DNA of 63,642 nucleotides, filler included, from Perkinsus chesapeaki ATCC PRA-425 (GCA_013115145.1; 8 parts of 8 records of this genome joined end to end with filler, not necessarily neighbours in it), one strand, 5' to 3'. Counted from the whole stretch's first letter, positions 10,670 to 25,300 are shown. Made by a program: numbers and translations. Notes: generated from the letters alone by a model not told the origin.

Positions 10670-13600
10670 TCATCCGGCTAGACTCGGCTTCAGATCCCCG
10701 GGCGGTAAAGCAGCCTTGTGCGATATATTCGGCAGGAGTAAACGAATGATGTTGGAGTTATCCTCAGTTATCATAATCTCGTCTCCTCTCTCGCTTGCAT
10801 CTATTTCTCGCCATGGTTCTGGCGGTTTGCCAAGAAAGCCGAGTGTTAGTACTTCTAATCATACGTTAATGATTTCTAAGGGTTCAGTCGAGTTAATAAT
10901 TACCGATATAAACCGTGTTATGTCTTTAAGCTTTACAACTCTGCTTCAACTCAACAAAATGGATATAAAAACAACACCAATAATGTACCGAATCATGGCA
11001 TTAATCCTGATCTGCATTATGCCCTCCACCGCCACCCATAGCATTATACGCGGCATCAACAGCTTCCTTTGCCTGATCTTCGGCATTCTTAGATCTTTCC
11101 ATAGCCTGTCCAGCAGTATCCTCAGCCTCAGATGCCTGCTTTACCGCCTTCTCAGCGATTCCTTTACTTTCGGCAGCAACATTCTTCGCTTTGTCCGCTA
11201 GGCCCTTGCTCTCCTCAGCGACGTGTTTTGCAGTATCCGCTCGCTTTAATGCTTCCTCCGCAAATTTCCTATTTTCCTTAACTGTTTTTTCTGTATTATC
11301 GACCTTCACCTCAACTTTATTCAACTCGTCTCGCGTCTCAGCTAAGGTCTTCTTATTTTCCTCTGCAAATCCAATCGCTTTCTCTCCAACGCCCTTCGAC
11401 TCGTCTGCCAATTGCCTAGCCTCTAGCGCCACTTCACCTGCCTTCTCAGCATTCTTAGCAGCATCCTTTGACCTCTTATCAGCCTCTCCTGCTAGCTCCT
11501 TTGCCTCCACAACTTGTCGCTGTACCTCGGCAGCGACAAGCTGGCTTTCACTAGACTTTTCATCAGCTGCTTTTGACAGTTCTTTGGCCTCCTTCGCCAC
11601 CTCCTTGGCTTCCTTGCTCTCCTTTATAGCTTTCACTGCTCCCTCCTTTGCCTCGTTTGCTACAGCTTTCGCTTCTTCTGCGATTCCCTTGGCCTCTGTA
11701 GTAGATTTCAATACATTCTCAACCATCGGTATAACATCTTCTTCCATATCTTTACTAATCTTCTCTTGCGTGTCATGATTCTTCCCTATTGTGACCTACC
11801 ATTGATGAAGGTCCCCCTCCAGCCCACTGAAGCTTGTTTTTTCACGTACCTTCATTTCCGTCTGACTGTCCGTCATTTTTGTCAACTCCGTTTGAATACC
11901 ATCAATTGTTTTATTAATACTATCTACTCGTTCTTTAACCTACAACCAAATCCTCCCTTATCCCCATAGCCCACCCCACCCCCCCGCCTACCGTATTAGC
12001 AACCTTGGTAGCAAAGCCGTTCTTAGTCAATTCCAATTCCCTACGAATGCTCTCTTGAAATACTTTTGTAGTGTCCTGGATATCTGCCACGTTCCTCGAC
12101 AGCTGAGCATATCTAACATTATAGATACTATTAACAACAACGAAGCATCTGAGGCCATTTACTTCTCCTCTGCAGCCATGGCCATCCTTTCTCTATCTGC
12201 CACATGGGATGCTGAAAGTGCCGCTGACATATCATCTGTTAGAGGATATACAACCATGCTGCTGCTGCTGGTGATTCAATGGTACTAAGATCCTTCCGTA
12301 ACCGTTGCAATTCCTCCCTCGTTATATTATGCTTCTGCTTCAAGTCGACCGTGCGATCTTCTAGAAGTTTCTGAATTCACAAGTGAGTAGTAGTAAAAGT
12401 GTACTTCATGTTCAAAGAGCTAATCCTCGCCACTATAATCCTCCAAATAGCAGGATATATCCTGGCGATAGCAGAGACCATTAAACACTATCTGCTAGCT
12501 ACAGAAAAGTTCATCGAGGGCACCGGGAGCTGCTGCTGCTGCTGGGAGGCATGCTCGTTGTGTTGCTCGTAGTGTTCAGCAGCGCGCTTACGTAAAGATG
12601 AAATAGAACAAAAGCGTTTAGAGTTAGGATATGGGAGTAGAGAACTAGCATTACGTAAAGGTGCAAAGTTTAACATATAAAGAACTCCCATAATGCTTGA
12701 CAATGCATCATCAACATCATTATTATCATCATAACTCACCTTAAATTGTACAACGGTTTCATTTAACTTTCGACTTTGTCTACTTGACTCGTCAGCTACT
12801 ACTGCATCGCATGCTTCACGAGTGTTATCAATATCATCCTAATTATTATTAATAAACTACTGCTGCTGCTGCTGCTGCTGCTGATGTGATCATTATTTAC
12901 CTGTAACCTCTTCACATATGCATCCACATCACTCTGCACCCCATCCACTTTATCATTCACCAACTGTTCGATATCCTTCACGGTTCTCTACACCATGAAT
13001 CACATCCAATACTTCTATAATTTCTAACCTTCAGATCTTCCGTAACCTTTTCGAGCTTCTCTGTTAACTTTCTAGTAGACGCACTGAGTCCTTCATCAAG
13101 CTTGTTCATCCTGCCAGCCAGCTCACCTTCTATTAACTGCATTGAAGCCTGAATGGACTCATGTCATTCCTTATATATAGAAATGCGATTTACTTTCATA
13201 TCAGCCGATCGTTTCTCCATTCCTCTATTAATCCTTCGTTCTCGTTCATCTACATCCTTTTTTATTTCCTCCACAGCAATTGCCATCACCTTCACGTCTG
13301 CCCCCACCGAATGTATGGCCATCACCCCACAGCACCAGCTTACCCTTTTGCATCTTTTCTGCACCCTTCTCAAGATGTTTCGACAAATCTTCGACATCCT
13401 CCCGAGTTCTAGCATCCAGTGATGATATCAAATTACGTAGCTGACCGTCAATGACCGCGCATCTGTAAGATTCCTCTTATCGAATAATTTCCAAGGCTGC
13501 TCCTCACTTGTCAGATATTTCCCTTTTGCTTTCTTCTATTTTCATCTCATATCTTTCAGCCTCTGCAGCACTCTCAGCTGATAGCCGCGCTACCTTCATA

Positions 13601-16600
13601 TTCATATCCTGATAATCAATAACACTTAATGCCATTCAATGCCAGCTAAGAATGAGCTCTAGGAGTAATCCCGCTACTCTGAATTTTCCTACCCCAGGCC
13701 CTCAGAAACAAGGATTTGTCAAGGTCAACCACGTGAGGGGGATATTCCGACAACAACAACAACAACAACAACAACAACTGTCTTACATGTGAAGTTGATG
13801 ATACCACTTTACCAAGACCACCAATGGATCTCTCGATACTCTCTATTCCAGATGATATCTTAGTCGCCGCTACCATGATCTACATACAATATAATATACA
13901 CCGCCATAATGAGCATAGTCAAGTAAGGTTGAGATCAAACTGCTGCCCTTTGTATACTGTATCGCTGCAACACTAGTATGCCATATCACCATCATCTTAC
14001 TTGCGCCTGAACTTTCTCATCTACTTCATGTATCTTACCATCAGCTTCAATCTTCTGTGAATCAACACGTAGAGCCACTTCTTCTATCAACCTAACCGAA
14101 TCCTAACCTTCCCACCTCCTCCTTCTCATTGCCCTCCTTACTTCCTTGTAGCTTCATCCCTAACTCTCGTTCGTTCCAATATTCCGTCCTTTGTAGCATC
14201 TAAACGTCTTCTTTGTTGAGCCTCTGCATCCTGCATAGCTTTCATCGCTCTATCAATACTATCTATCAATGATCGGTTACCACCTGCCATTCGACCTCAT
14301 CAACCTCATATAACCACCCAGCCCACTTTTAACAACTTCCTGAGTTGCTCGTAGGGCCGCCTTAGTATCATCCATGTCAGCCTCTACTTGCCTCGAAGAC
14401 ACCTGTTGGCCTTGTCGCAGATCTTTCTCCATAATACCGATCTTATCGTATAAGTCCGTCACTATTTTCTGTATCTAAAAGCTCTCCTCCAAATCCCTTC
14501 TAATATTCCCTTCACCTTCATAACAGAATCTTTGTCCTTTTTCAGCCATCGTTTGTGAAGCTCATCCGTTCGTTCTTCCACTAGATTGACTGTCCTCATC
14601 TTCTCAACCTCAACAAGATGCTCACAAGAGTCCACAATACGTTTCTCGCTCGCCATCATCATTTCACCAATCTAAACATCTCTCTTTCTATCGATCCAGC
14701 TTACCCATTCCCACCTCCTCTGTCGAAGAGTCGATATTAATTTTAGCCGTCTTGTTGAGTGCAATTCGTATACCTTCGAGTTCTCTGCTCAATTCCTTTG
14801 ATTCTCGAGTGATTCTATCTTTCAACTTCCTCTCTGTCGCCTCCACTCGACCTGTCATAAAGTTATATATACAACAGGAGTTGTCCAATATCTAGTATCA
14901 ACAGTGAGTGGTAAAGCCCTCTTCCCTATTCGCCGGCCGTTTGGATTGTCATAATAATAATAAAGTCACTACGTTGTTGGATATTATAAAGTATTGGTAT
15001 ATTATATCTGTCAGAATGCATGGCACTTTCTATTAGTTTAAACGAAGAGAACAACGATGGATGAAAATGTCGACGAAACTTTTCAACTTAAGTTTATAAA
15101 TTAACAACATTCACCGACTCAAGAATGTAAAGTTGACTGAGCTACCGGCTCAGTACCCGGCGAATACTATTTATGCATCATCGCGTATCCATTTCACCAC
15201 AATGATGACGATGACTATGGATGGTTGCGAGATAGATACCAACTCGCCGCCTTCTTACTTTCAAACTTCTTCCTCCTCTCTTCTCCATCCGTTGTCAACT
15301 CTTCCAGTCTTCTTCTTAATTCATCATCGCGTTGCCCAAGTTCATTAGCCACATACTGCCGATTCTGCCGATAATCCCATCATCCTCCCCGCGTCCAACG
15401 ACCATCGCTTACCTCTCGTTTATATCGAACCAACACCTCAGCCATTCCATTCTCGCTCAGTTTCACTTCCTCCCTGATCTTCATTTCCATCACACTTTTA
15501 TCGTCCCTCAGTGCCTTCCGTATCTTCCTGCATTCCTCCGCTAAATCTGCCAACCTATCTTCATTGTGTCGCTGCTTCTCCTCGTATCTATGTCCCTGTT
15601 TGTCCTTTATTTCCCATAACCCCCCTCCCACCGTTTTGCCTCAGTCTCAGCTGCTGTCGCCGACCTTGTCGATATTTCTGATTGCATTGCCTCTAATCTT
15701 GTTACTTCATTTGTAAGTAGTTCCCTTATTTGCCCATTATTAGATACCATAGACGAGGACACTTCATCAACTTCCTACAGTAACAACAACAGTTCCAACA
15801 GTAGAGCTCAAAGACGAATATCACCAACAGCGGTCAGGTGGGGACGATGAAGATAAATATGAGTAAATTTCACTGGAGCTAGTATTTTTGTGGCTAGTTG
15901 AGAATTCCATCAAGTTGGCAAAGATGCATTGGATGTTCCTTCAACTTCCTACTCCTACTACTTCACGAATCTTCTGATATAACTGATCCAAGTCCTCTTT
16001 GCCTTCCATAGCCATATCTGTTATCCTCTCTGTTAGCCCTTGTATCCTATCATTGAATGTGTCTCGATATCCAGTAATAGACAAGTTAACTTTATTCAGC
16101 TCATCATCAATGTATCTAATCACATCTAGTTCCATCCAGTTCACTTTCCTAGTACTAGCGGGAAGTTAAACAATAACAAAACAAAAAGATCCTATTCAGT
16201 TGAATAACAGTCGCTTCCAGATTGTTAAGTCCGATGCTGCTGCTGCTGCTGATGTTGCTCTTGTTTACCTGGTTAACCTGTCAGACCGATCAGCATCATC
16301 AGTTGCCCTCCTTTGCATCTTCTTCTTAAAAGTGTCCATTTGTTTCTGCATCTCTTGGTAATTATTTAACTAATAATAAATATGAACTAGGTATAAACAG
16401 GGTTGTCATGAACCCTCCTTACCATGGACGTGTTAACTGCTTTAATGTTATCTCTTAATAACACAGCTAACCTTCGAGACTCCTCTGCTCGAAGTGATGC
16501 CTCACTCGTCAATGCCTCCCTCAAAGCTTCCTGTGCTCCTGAGACCTCCTTCCGTAAAGATTTTAATGAATCGACCATGCCAACCTGAAAGACGAGGGAA

Positions 16601-18975
16601 AATCGGTATGAAAGTACCACGCACCTCAAATGAGCCCATTTTCTCCAATAAATCATTCTTTAAACTCTTCGCTTGATCCACATTAAAGCTCTTACCGTAT
16701 GTCTCGGCCATACCTCTCGATAACGCCTATAGATCCACTAAGAAAAAGCTACTCAGTAGTTGGTGCGGTCTCACCTCAAGCTGTTGAAGAGCTTGTGCTG
16801 CCGACCTCATTGCCGTTTTAGCATTGCTACTTGTTGTATTTGATTGTTCCTTGAGAAAAGTACGGTATGAGAACAATCCACAATACCCAACTCACTCTCA
16901 ATATATCAATAGTTTTCCTAGTATTATTCGTCTCAGTTGTTAACCTATCTTCAAGTGCTACAATAACCGCCTCTCCACGATGTTCTTCCTCGGACACCAA
17001 ACTGCGTATCAAACTCACGAGATCATCGTGGGTGGATCGCAAAGCCTGACGACGACATTGTCGCACTCTATTGGCTGCTGCTGCTGCTGCTGCTGTTATC
17101 CCACCTCTTCCCTATCCCGCGTGGATTGTGCAATTGCTGTCTCCTTTGCTCTATTAATACTTTCATCGATCTCAGTCCTATTGGATGATATCTAAACCAT
17201 ATCAACAATGATAACCACAGTAATCGAGATCGTCGTGAATCGCTATAAAACGAATACTTTACCAATACTCTACACAAGACCACCCTAGCTCATTTTAAGG
17301 TGTAATAAGACGACACGTATAGGTTTAATAAACTATCAAGTACATATATTAATAAGACACCACGAAATACTCCACCAATCGATTGCCCATTGCATCAGCA
17401 TCAGTATACTGCGTCCCTCACCAAAGCTATAAGCTCATCACATCTTCTAGAAGTCTGTAAAAAGCAGGTCTCCTTAACAGCAGCCATCTGCCTTGTTATT
17501 AAACTCATCACCGCAGCACTACCGCCGTCGGTTGGTTGCTGAGCGCTCCTTATCTTTGGTGATGTCCCATCTAAACAGGATATTCATTTCCTTTTCAACA
17601 ACTACTCCCCAGATTCACCTTCATCATCCCTCTCAGCAATGTTATCTATTTTCCCACCTACCCCCATCAAACCAACATTAAGTCTGTTAACCTGCTCCCG
17701 TATAGATGAAATCTCCTCCCGTAGTTCATCCGAAATCGATGTGAATGTACCTAAGACCATAAAGTTGCCTCCATCTATCTATCGCTCCTTACTTTGTGCA
17801 ATACTATATTGCCTGACCCCCTCTATATTATTCCTCACTTCTTCATTTTCCGCCTCAACAGTTGCTAACCGTGCTCTTAGATCTACTTGTGATTTACTAG
17901 CTCCTCGTAATTGTCGTGCTAGTATTGTATACTCATGTCGAGTCTGTTCATGTACCTTAATTAAAAACCCACAATACGCCGCAGCCGCAGCCGCAGCAGC
18001 AGCAGCCCTTGGATAGGGCCGGTTGCGGTTGTAGGTTATATATACAACAAAAGTGTGCATCATATTCTCAGCAAAAAAAGGTTGTATAATATTAATCCAC
18101 CTCCCAGCAGCCCTGCTGCTGCTGAGGATATCCTATACATGATGATAGAGGATGAAGGTGTGAAGGAGGAGGAGGAAACTTGAATGTAAATAGACAAGTA
18201 ATAGCTTACAATATTAAATTCGAGGACATGCTTCAGAAATTAAGGCTCGAAAGAATATAGGTATTTTCATACAATAAGAATCACAACTCGTGAGTCGGTG
18301 AACTACAGCCTAGAAGCATGTGAATGATGGCTACCAATATTAATAATAGATAAACTTTGTACTAGGCAGCAGAGTGGCCTCCTACATGACAAACATACAT
18401 TATTATTTTAAATATTTATAACTGATAAGATATAAAACAAAGTAAGTCGTCGAACGTCTTTCTAACTCTGCATGATATATACGATATTATTCTTCTCACC
18501 AATGCAAGTTGACTTTGTAATTTCCTCAATAATTGTCCATCAACTTCATTCTGTGAGTCTACTCTAATCCCCACAGCTTCCAATCTATCTTCTTGTTTAT
18601 CAAGTCTTTCCATCAGATGCGCCATCTACCACCACTCTACAGTCATAAGAGGCCTCTTCAAACTGACCTGTCTCTCTAAAGCTGCTGTTATTGCGCTATT
18701 ATTATTATCACGATTATCAACCAAGGCTTGGTGATCAACCCTATGAGGTTGATAATATCGCCTATGGGAATGATAGCCGCCATTAGCAACCTAACCCTAA
18801 TATCCAAACACATCTATAACAGCACTTGACAAACCTCTGGGACAGATCCTTCTGGTGACTTTGGTGATAGGCCATCACCAAGGTCAATGGCTACATGACG
18901 GCTTGGTAAGCCTGCTGCTATTGATGATGGTCTAATAGTTGGTAAATGACGATGATGATGGGATGATGATGACAT
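10670..18975 (-). CDS. Giant multi-exon coiled-coil protein of unknown function
   Basis: Dozens of E/K/R-rich heptad exons separated by short GT-AG introns, plus an Ala-rich exon at 11001-11790. Putative first exon MSSSSHHHRHLPTIRP.. and last exon ..LKPSLAG*. Termini are approximate and it could be more than one gene. Confidence 0.7.
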
Positions 18976-19162
18976 ATACACACAATAAACTGAAAGCTGT
19001 TAATAAAAGGACACCACATACGTAGGTATTCGTGAAATTAGGCAAAATAGGGATTACCGGGGAAAACAAAGAAAAATTGAAACCTGAAATAGCCACCAGT
19101 TGCGGGGAAGCTATTCCAAGAAATAGTTATCGGTGTCACCGTGGAAGTATTCATTTAAAAGC

Positions 19163-19454
19163 TGCCTCATCCGACCATTCTACTAGTAGATTACCATAAT
19201 TATATTCTATTGCCTCATCCGACCATTCTACTAGTAGATTACCATAATTATATTCCATTGCCTCATCCGACCATTCTACTAGTGANNNNNNNNNNNNNNN
19301 NNNNNNNNNNNNNNNNNNNNNNNNNNNNNNNNNNNNNNNNNNNNNNNNNNNNNNNNNNNNNNNNNNNNNNNNNNNNNNNNCCATAATTATATTCCATTGC
19401 CTCATCCGACCATTCTACTAGTAGATTACCATAATTATATTCAATTGCCTCATC
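19163..19454. repeat. 48-bp tandem repeat array spanning a gap
   Basis: Unit TGCCTCATCCGACCATTCTACTAGTAGATTACCATAATTATATTCYAT, seen on both sides of the N-run. Confidence 0.9.
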
Positions 19455-19577
19455 GACACTTGTATACATCCCCAAAGTGTTATTATTAATTGACAAAATC
19501 GACTAATGATAACAAACAGAGTGAACTGAGTATTCAACAACAACAATAATAACAATATCGTAATGTATCATTAACTA

Positions 19578-21414
19578 TCATCGTGCTGCCCCAACTATCG
19601 TTAGAACAAATAAGAATAAGTTTATTATATCCATATATAACATTAATGCTCCGGCAATATATTGATCAACACCCAGTTGAGCTCGTCTATTCTTACCACC
19701 AACAATCATTTGAGTGTCAATAACGAGATACATAGAGAAGACCAATGCCCCTATTGAACCGTATACGATTTGAAGATATCTGTTATACGGCAGGAATATC
19801 ATTACAAGTCCCATAAAAACCAACACCATCAACAACACCAAAACAAATGGTTGATAGCCGGTAAAATCAGTCTTAATGAACCAAGCAAATGCAGTTAAAA
19901 CGAATACTGCAGCAGCCGTGGAGCCAGCTGCTATAACTACTGCCTCTGTGTCATAGTATACACATATAAAACCAATCATCAGGCCCATGGATGCAGTGAA
20001 GATAAATAATAGAATATAATTTATTGGAACCTAAAAAGATACATTAAATAGTTTAATGCTTTGTTATATAAAAAATGAACACCTACTACACTTCTTGACA
20101 TCAGAAAACGTTGTTATTATCAGGATTGGTGAAGTGTGAATTTACCAAATTATAATACAAAGAGTATTATGTATACACATACAACTACATATTTATACAA
20201 AGTACATATTTATTAATAAGATTATCCTACTTAGTTTTGTAGTGGTGCCGAAGCTGTGTAAATATGTTGTAGGATTCTCTATCACTAGTTCACCGAACAA
20301 TTGCGACTGTTGTTACCAAGGCTTAATGGCTTTTACTCAATAATTCAACTCACAACAATACTCTACCGTAATTTTGTGGCGCGTGGTAATGAGTATTGAA
20401 GCCTGTTTCCGCGGAAATGTGCACACACTAGTACCGCATATGTGTTAGGACGATAAGGACTACTAGTCGGCCACAGTTCGAGTCATCATATCACCATTTT
20501 GGCGATCCCTAATATAACTACATCCCAGTCGTAATAATAAAATGTCCTAACATATCCTATATCTAATAACATATGCCTTCTCTATTCTCCGTATTACCAT
20601 TTGACTTGCCTTTGGTACACAGACCAATACTATTAATGTTGTAAACATAACCGCCATACTTAACCACATTACCCATACATAGTCGTTAACAAACTCCAAG
20701 GCCCAATCATCTTTACCATATACAAAAGGGAAGGCTATCATTGTAGTTACAACTAGCTGAGCACAAAGGATACCATATACCTGATTAAAGCAACACCATT
20801 TAACTTCGATAAGGTTTTTGTGGACCGAACAGGCATTCCTAGAGCCAGCGAGATGATGAGCGGAGTCTAGCTACTCTATATGACAAACCGGAAGGTCCAA
20901 TTCCAAGGCAAATTTGGTATTATAGATGACAGCAGCGTCTTAGACTTCTGATTACCTTTTTTATAAAATTATTTCTAACGTTCTTGTCCGTATCAGGTCC
21001 AAACTCTATTATCTGCACCTCCGCAGCTCCTATATAGGTCTGTGGTGGAGGGGGACTCTGCGAGTAACCATAATCATTTTGATATCCATACCTAAACATA
21101 TTATTACCCTATAAATTTCGGACCCCCTTTAATAACCTATATTCAGTGTAAAGAGTAAGCCCTTTTCTAGAGTAATGTCCACTAATGACTATAGGTCCCA
21201 AGCGAATGTTGTAGAACTAATTTAAATATAAATTGTTATGTACACTAGCTAAACCAGATTTGTTAAAGTGGCTTCTGAATTCATACCGATTTCCCCGATA
21301 ATATTACGTTGCCTGTTGTGCCGGTTGTTGAGGATAATAATATGACGTATTATATGGATCCTGTTGTTTACCAATAACAACACCTTGTACAATGGGAGGA
21401 GGATTAGATGACAT
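19578..21414 (-). CDS. Lifeguard/TMBIM (Bax inhibitor-1 family) membrane protein, multi-exon
   Basis: P/Q-rich N-terminus MSSNPPPIVQGVVIG, multiple TM segments, and family motifs FIKTDFT, YLVIDTQMIVGGK and DQYIAGALMLYMDIINLFLFVL. Confidence 0.9.
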
Positions 21415-21514
21415 TATAACGCTTAGGTACAGTTCAATCGGACAACAGCAGCAACAACAACAACGCGTCACAGACCAACAGCTCGAGATTCCAAGCCACA
21501 CATTTCTTCTTGCT

Positions 21515-21550
21515 GAAGGCTCAGGTTCGATCCCGGGTAGTGACATTTTT
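21515..21550 (+). other. Intergenic tRNA-gene 3' fragment with oligo-T
   Basis: GAAGGC-TCAGG-TTCGATC-CCGGG-TAGTGAC-A-TTTTT. No convincing D-arm or anticodon arm upstream. Confidence 0.7.
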
Positions 21551-22379
21551 CCGATCAAAAATAATCCGAAGTCACCTTCATATGGGGTACTATCACAGGG
21601 TCATCCTGTTGTAATTGATGTTTGTATAGGTCACTGTTACTGGTCTTAATTCCACCTTATACGACACATAACCGTATAATTGACTAACATTGTTTATTCC
21701 TATTTATAGTTGTTGTTAACATGCCCTCACCAACAGGAGGAGGTAACCCTGAGGTCATTGCCCAGGCCATTGTGGAGAATAATGAGAATAGGACAATGCA
21801 TAGGTTATAATAGGGAGTAGCTGGCATAATACCATAGTCTATTGAAGGTGTACTACTGGTTCACCTTTAATGTGACCACTGTTGATATCAAAGATGTGTC
21901 GATCACACATTGATAATAATTGCGATGTATAGTTTATATTGAATGCTATATAAAATTAGACTATACTTGATGCTTATTACTGGGCTATCCAGAAAAATGG
22001 CCCACCCCCAAAAATTTAGATTGGGTGCGTGAGGGTTATAATGTGGGTTTGGTATCAACTTGTGCCTCTCTTTGCGTGGTCTACAACGGTCTATAAATCC
22101 GTAGTATGCTCCTTCCAGTCTTATTCACACTAAGAATACATTATATATATTGCCCTATCTAAATCTTCGAGTTGCCGGATCAGCGCGACGTGCTGCACCA
22201 AAGGTTACAATCGGTAAATGGCCTATGAGACAGGCCTAGTCATGGTATGAGTTATACCCTATTACTCTTACCTGCCATACAATTCCTGTATTTGATACCT
22301 TTGGTAACGCATAACCCTCTGAAGGGGAACTGCTACCAGACTCTATCACCAATTGGTAGTTACTTCACCGTTTATTAGG

Positions 22380-25300
22380 TCCAACTTGCTCCGACTGCAA
22401 TTGGATGAATTATTATCTTCATCGAATCCTAACTGGAACAAGCTTAATAAGCTCGATAGGACTGTGAAGGAGGTATCATACAAGCGAAGTATTATTACAG
22501 ATTATTATCTTATCAGATAATTAATAGGATAAAGAGCACTAAGAAGCGGGATTTAGGGGATAAGTTTGAGGAAGTAGTGGCATTCAAATTCAGCGTGATA
22601 ATTATAGTGGATTTGCTCAGGAGTTCCCAAAAATGTATTTCTATCCGAATAACCAACAGCACAAGTTTGTATTTTACCCACCAAAAGACGTACAAGTGAT
22701 TGGTAGTTATTCAAAGAAGGCATGTACTAAACCAAGGCTTAGTGTCGATATTGCGGTAGGATTAGGGGGGGGGAATATAGTATGGAGAATAGGGCCTGGT
22801 GAATTGACCTCACCATGTCTATTTAATAGACTCTATTGAATTCAGTGAATAAGAATGATAGTTTTATTATTATTCTTCCATCGGAACGTCTTTGTTAGGT
22901 TGTTATACCAGCTAAGTGCTTGCAGAGTAAAGATTATCTGAATGGAAGGTATCTAAATAAACGTAATATAAGTAGGGGATGGAAAGATTCTAATGAGGTT
23001 GATTAGGGAACGCCTATGTTGGAGAGTTGAAGAGGCAATTGATGGAAATGATAGATGAGTCGAAAGGTGAAATTGATATTGGATATCTTTGTGGGGATAG
23101 AGCCAAACCAATTGTAGAGGTAGTATCTCAGCTCCATGCATGCAAGATACATAAGAGGTTTACTTGGTTTTGACGGTTTCAGATATGTCCGAAAGGCTCG
23201 GCGTGGGTCATTAGATTGCTCCCCTGCATTAATGATGGAACTGACCCTACGGCTACATCTGGTCCGGAGTCAAGTTGGTTGGCGAGGCTTGGTTTGGATA
23301 GGAATTGCTATCGTGAAGATGGCCAAGTTGCTGGGGACCATCCGACACCTCTGTAAAAGGGTTCGCGTATTCCGCACTATGAAGATTTTGCGAGGTATCT
23401 TTCAGTTACAACTCGGAGGTTGCTGAGGATATCTTGATACACTCAAGCTTGTCGATTGGAGTCGATCATCCATCCCAGTTGAAGGCGGTGACACTGTTAA
23501 AGATCTGGGCATATCAGAGAGGGTTCCTTTATAGGAGGGATGCCGGAGAGAGCGCTGGACTGGCAGGGTAATAAAGGGGGTTATAGCGCAACGGTTAAGG
23601 TCACTGGTTAATGTGGAGGAGGCGGAGGTTCCATTCCTACGTAATGCATTTTAGATATCATATAGCAGCTATAGTGGAGCATGTTGTATCATCTTCAAGC
23701 CTTCCACAGTCTACTAGTGCCTATCAGATATTCAAGCTCGCATTGGTAAGATACGAAATAGGTTAACTCAAGGTCATTCAGGATTATCAGGTACTTCTTT
23801 CTTCAACCGATTGGAAAACCAATGCTTTGGTTTTGGGTTCTCAAGAAAAGGAGGAACGCTCACTTCCAAAGGCAGGTGATTCGGTAAGACATGTCCTGTA
23901 TTGTCACTACACTGGCCGGTTCAGTTAGTTGGATTAGTTAAACGACTTTGTTATCTCGCATACCATCCACGAAAAGAATGTAGTTCATCCGTTTACCCTC
24001 CCCCTACCTTCTCGACACAAAGAGTATCCTTTTTAAATATCATCCAGTAGGCTATAGTTGATTCTTGGATTGTCTGTGGTTACTAGGGACAATTTAAGTA
24101 TGATGTTAGAGGCCATCATAAATACAAATAGCATTCCCTCATCACACTGGAAATCGCAAGTGTTATATCATTATCATTATCATCAGGCTCAACTCTTTGC
24201 TGGTTTTGATAGAAGTTATAATATATTTTGGCGTATTAGTTTGGTAACAATGAGTGAGTTAAGTTTATCAGCAAAACACTCATTGGAGGTAAGTAGCTCT
24301 GCCTTCCCATTCCACTCCCGTCAAACCCGTTCTCAGTTGCTCGACGATCCCAAGGAGGCCGATCCTTTCATGGAGGTTTTCGGCGAGAGGTTATAATTTC
24401 GTGGCGCTGCGGTCATTTTTTAATTCTCTATTTTCTTAGTTCTGGTAGAACTCTGCGGTTACGTTGGGATTTTGCAATCACTTTCCCAATGACTGGAACC
24501 TTCTTGGATTCCCGTCAGTTGGAGGGGAAAGTAAATCGATTACTCGGGCGAGCGCTAAACGATAGACTGAAGTCATTGGCAGTTAGGAGAGGCAGCAAAG
24601 ATAGTGTTGTAATAGGAGGTAGTAGGGAAGAGGGAATGTGGTGAGGATGGTAATTAAATGGCGCGCGGTTTTTGTATAAGGTATCTTGGATAGCGAACAT
24701 ACCGGAAGGCTGTTGGACAAGGGACCATCACCGAAGGCAGAGGAGGCAGAGGCTTGGCGTATGGGAAAGAAATATCTTTAGGGTCTCGCACTGTGAAGAT
24801 TTTAGGCGAACTTTGGGGACCGAAATCTCAGTTAAGAAGGTTCAAGGATGGCACGATGCTCGAATGCTGTGTTTGGGATGGAAGTAGCGAGGAGTCGGCT
24901 GAGGGACAGATCATTGTGATAGGAGGGTATCTTAGGTTGAAGAGCGATCTATTCATTCAGGAACACGTCTTGAATCATCATGACATATCTTATGATCATG
25001 TATATGTTACTCCATTGGGTCACATCTCTGGATTGAGAACATCTGATAGGTTAGTCGAAAGGGAAGGGAGGAGTTGAAGGTGATGTTCGAATAGGAATTT
25101 ATGGGCCAACTTTGAGTTGTTGCGGAATTCATTGATGAGCATGGAGGAGGTACCATTAGCGATTAAAGATGTCCGTCCAAGTAGGAGAGGGAGGGAATTG
25201 AACCGGGGTCGTTTGGATGAAAGGCATGAATGTATCCCAGGTGATCCAGCATTCAGCTATACTTCTATTGATCAAGATGGGCCACATATATCTGGCTTGT

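Noticed and set aside
19151-19496. ORFs with repeated LVEWSDEAMEYNYGN
   Set aside because: Read-through of the 48-bp tandem repeat across a gap; no gene context.
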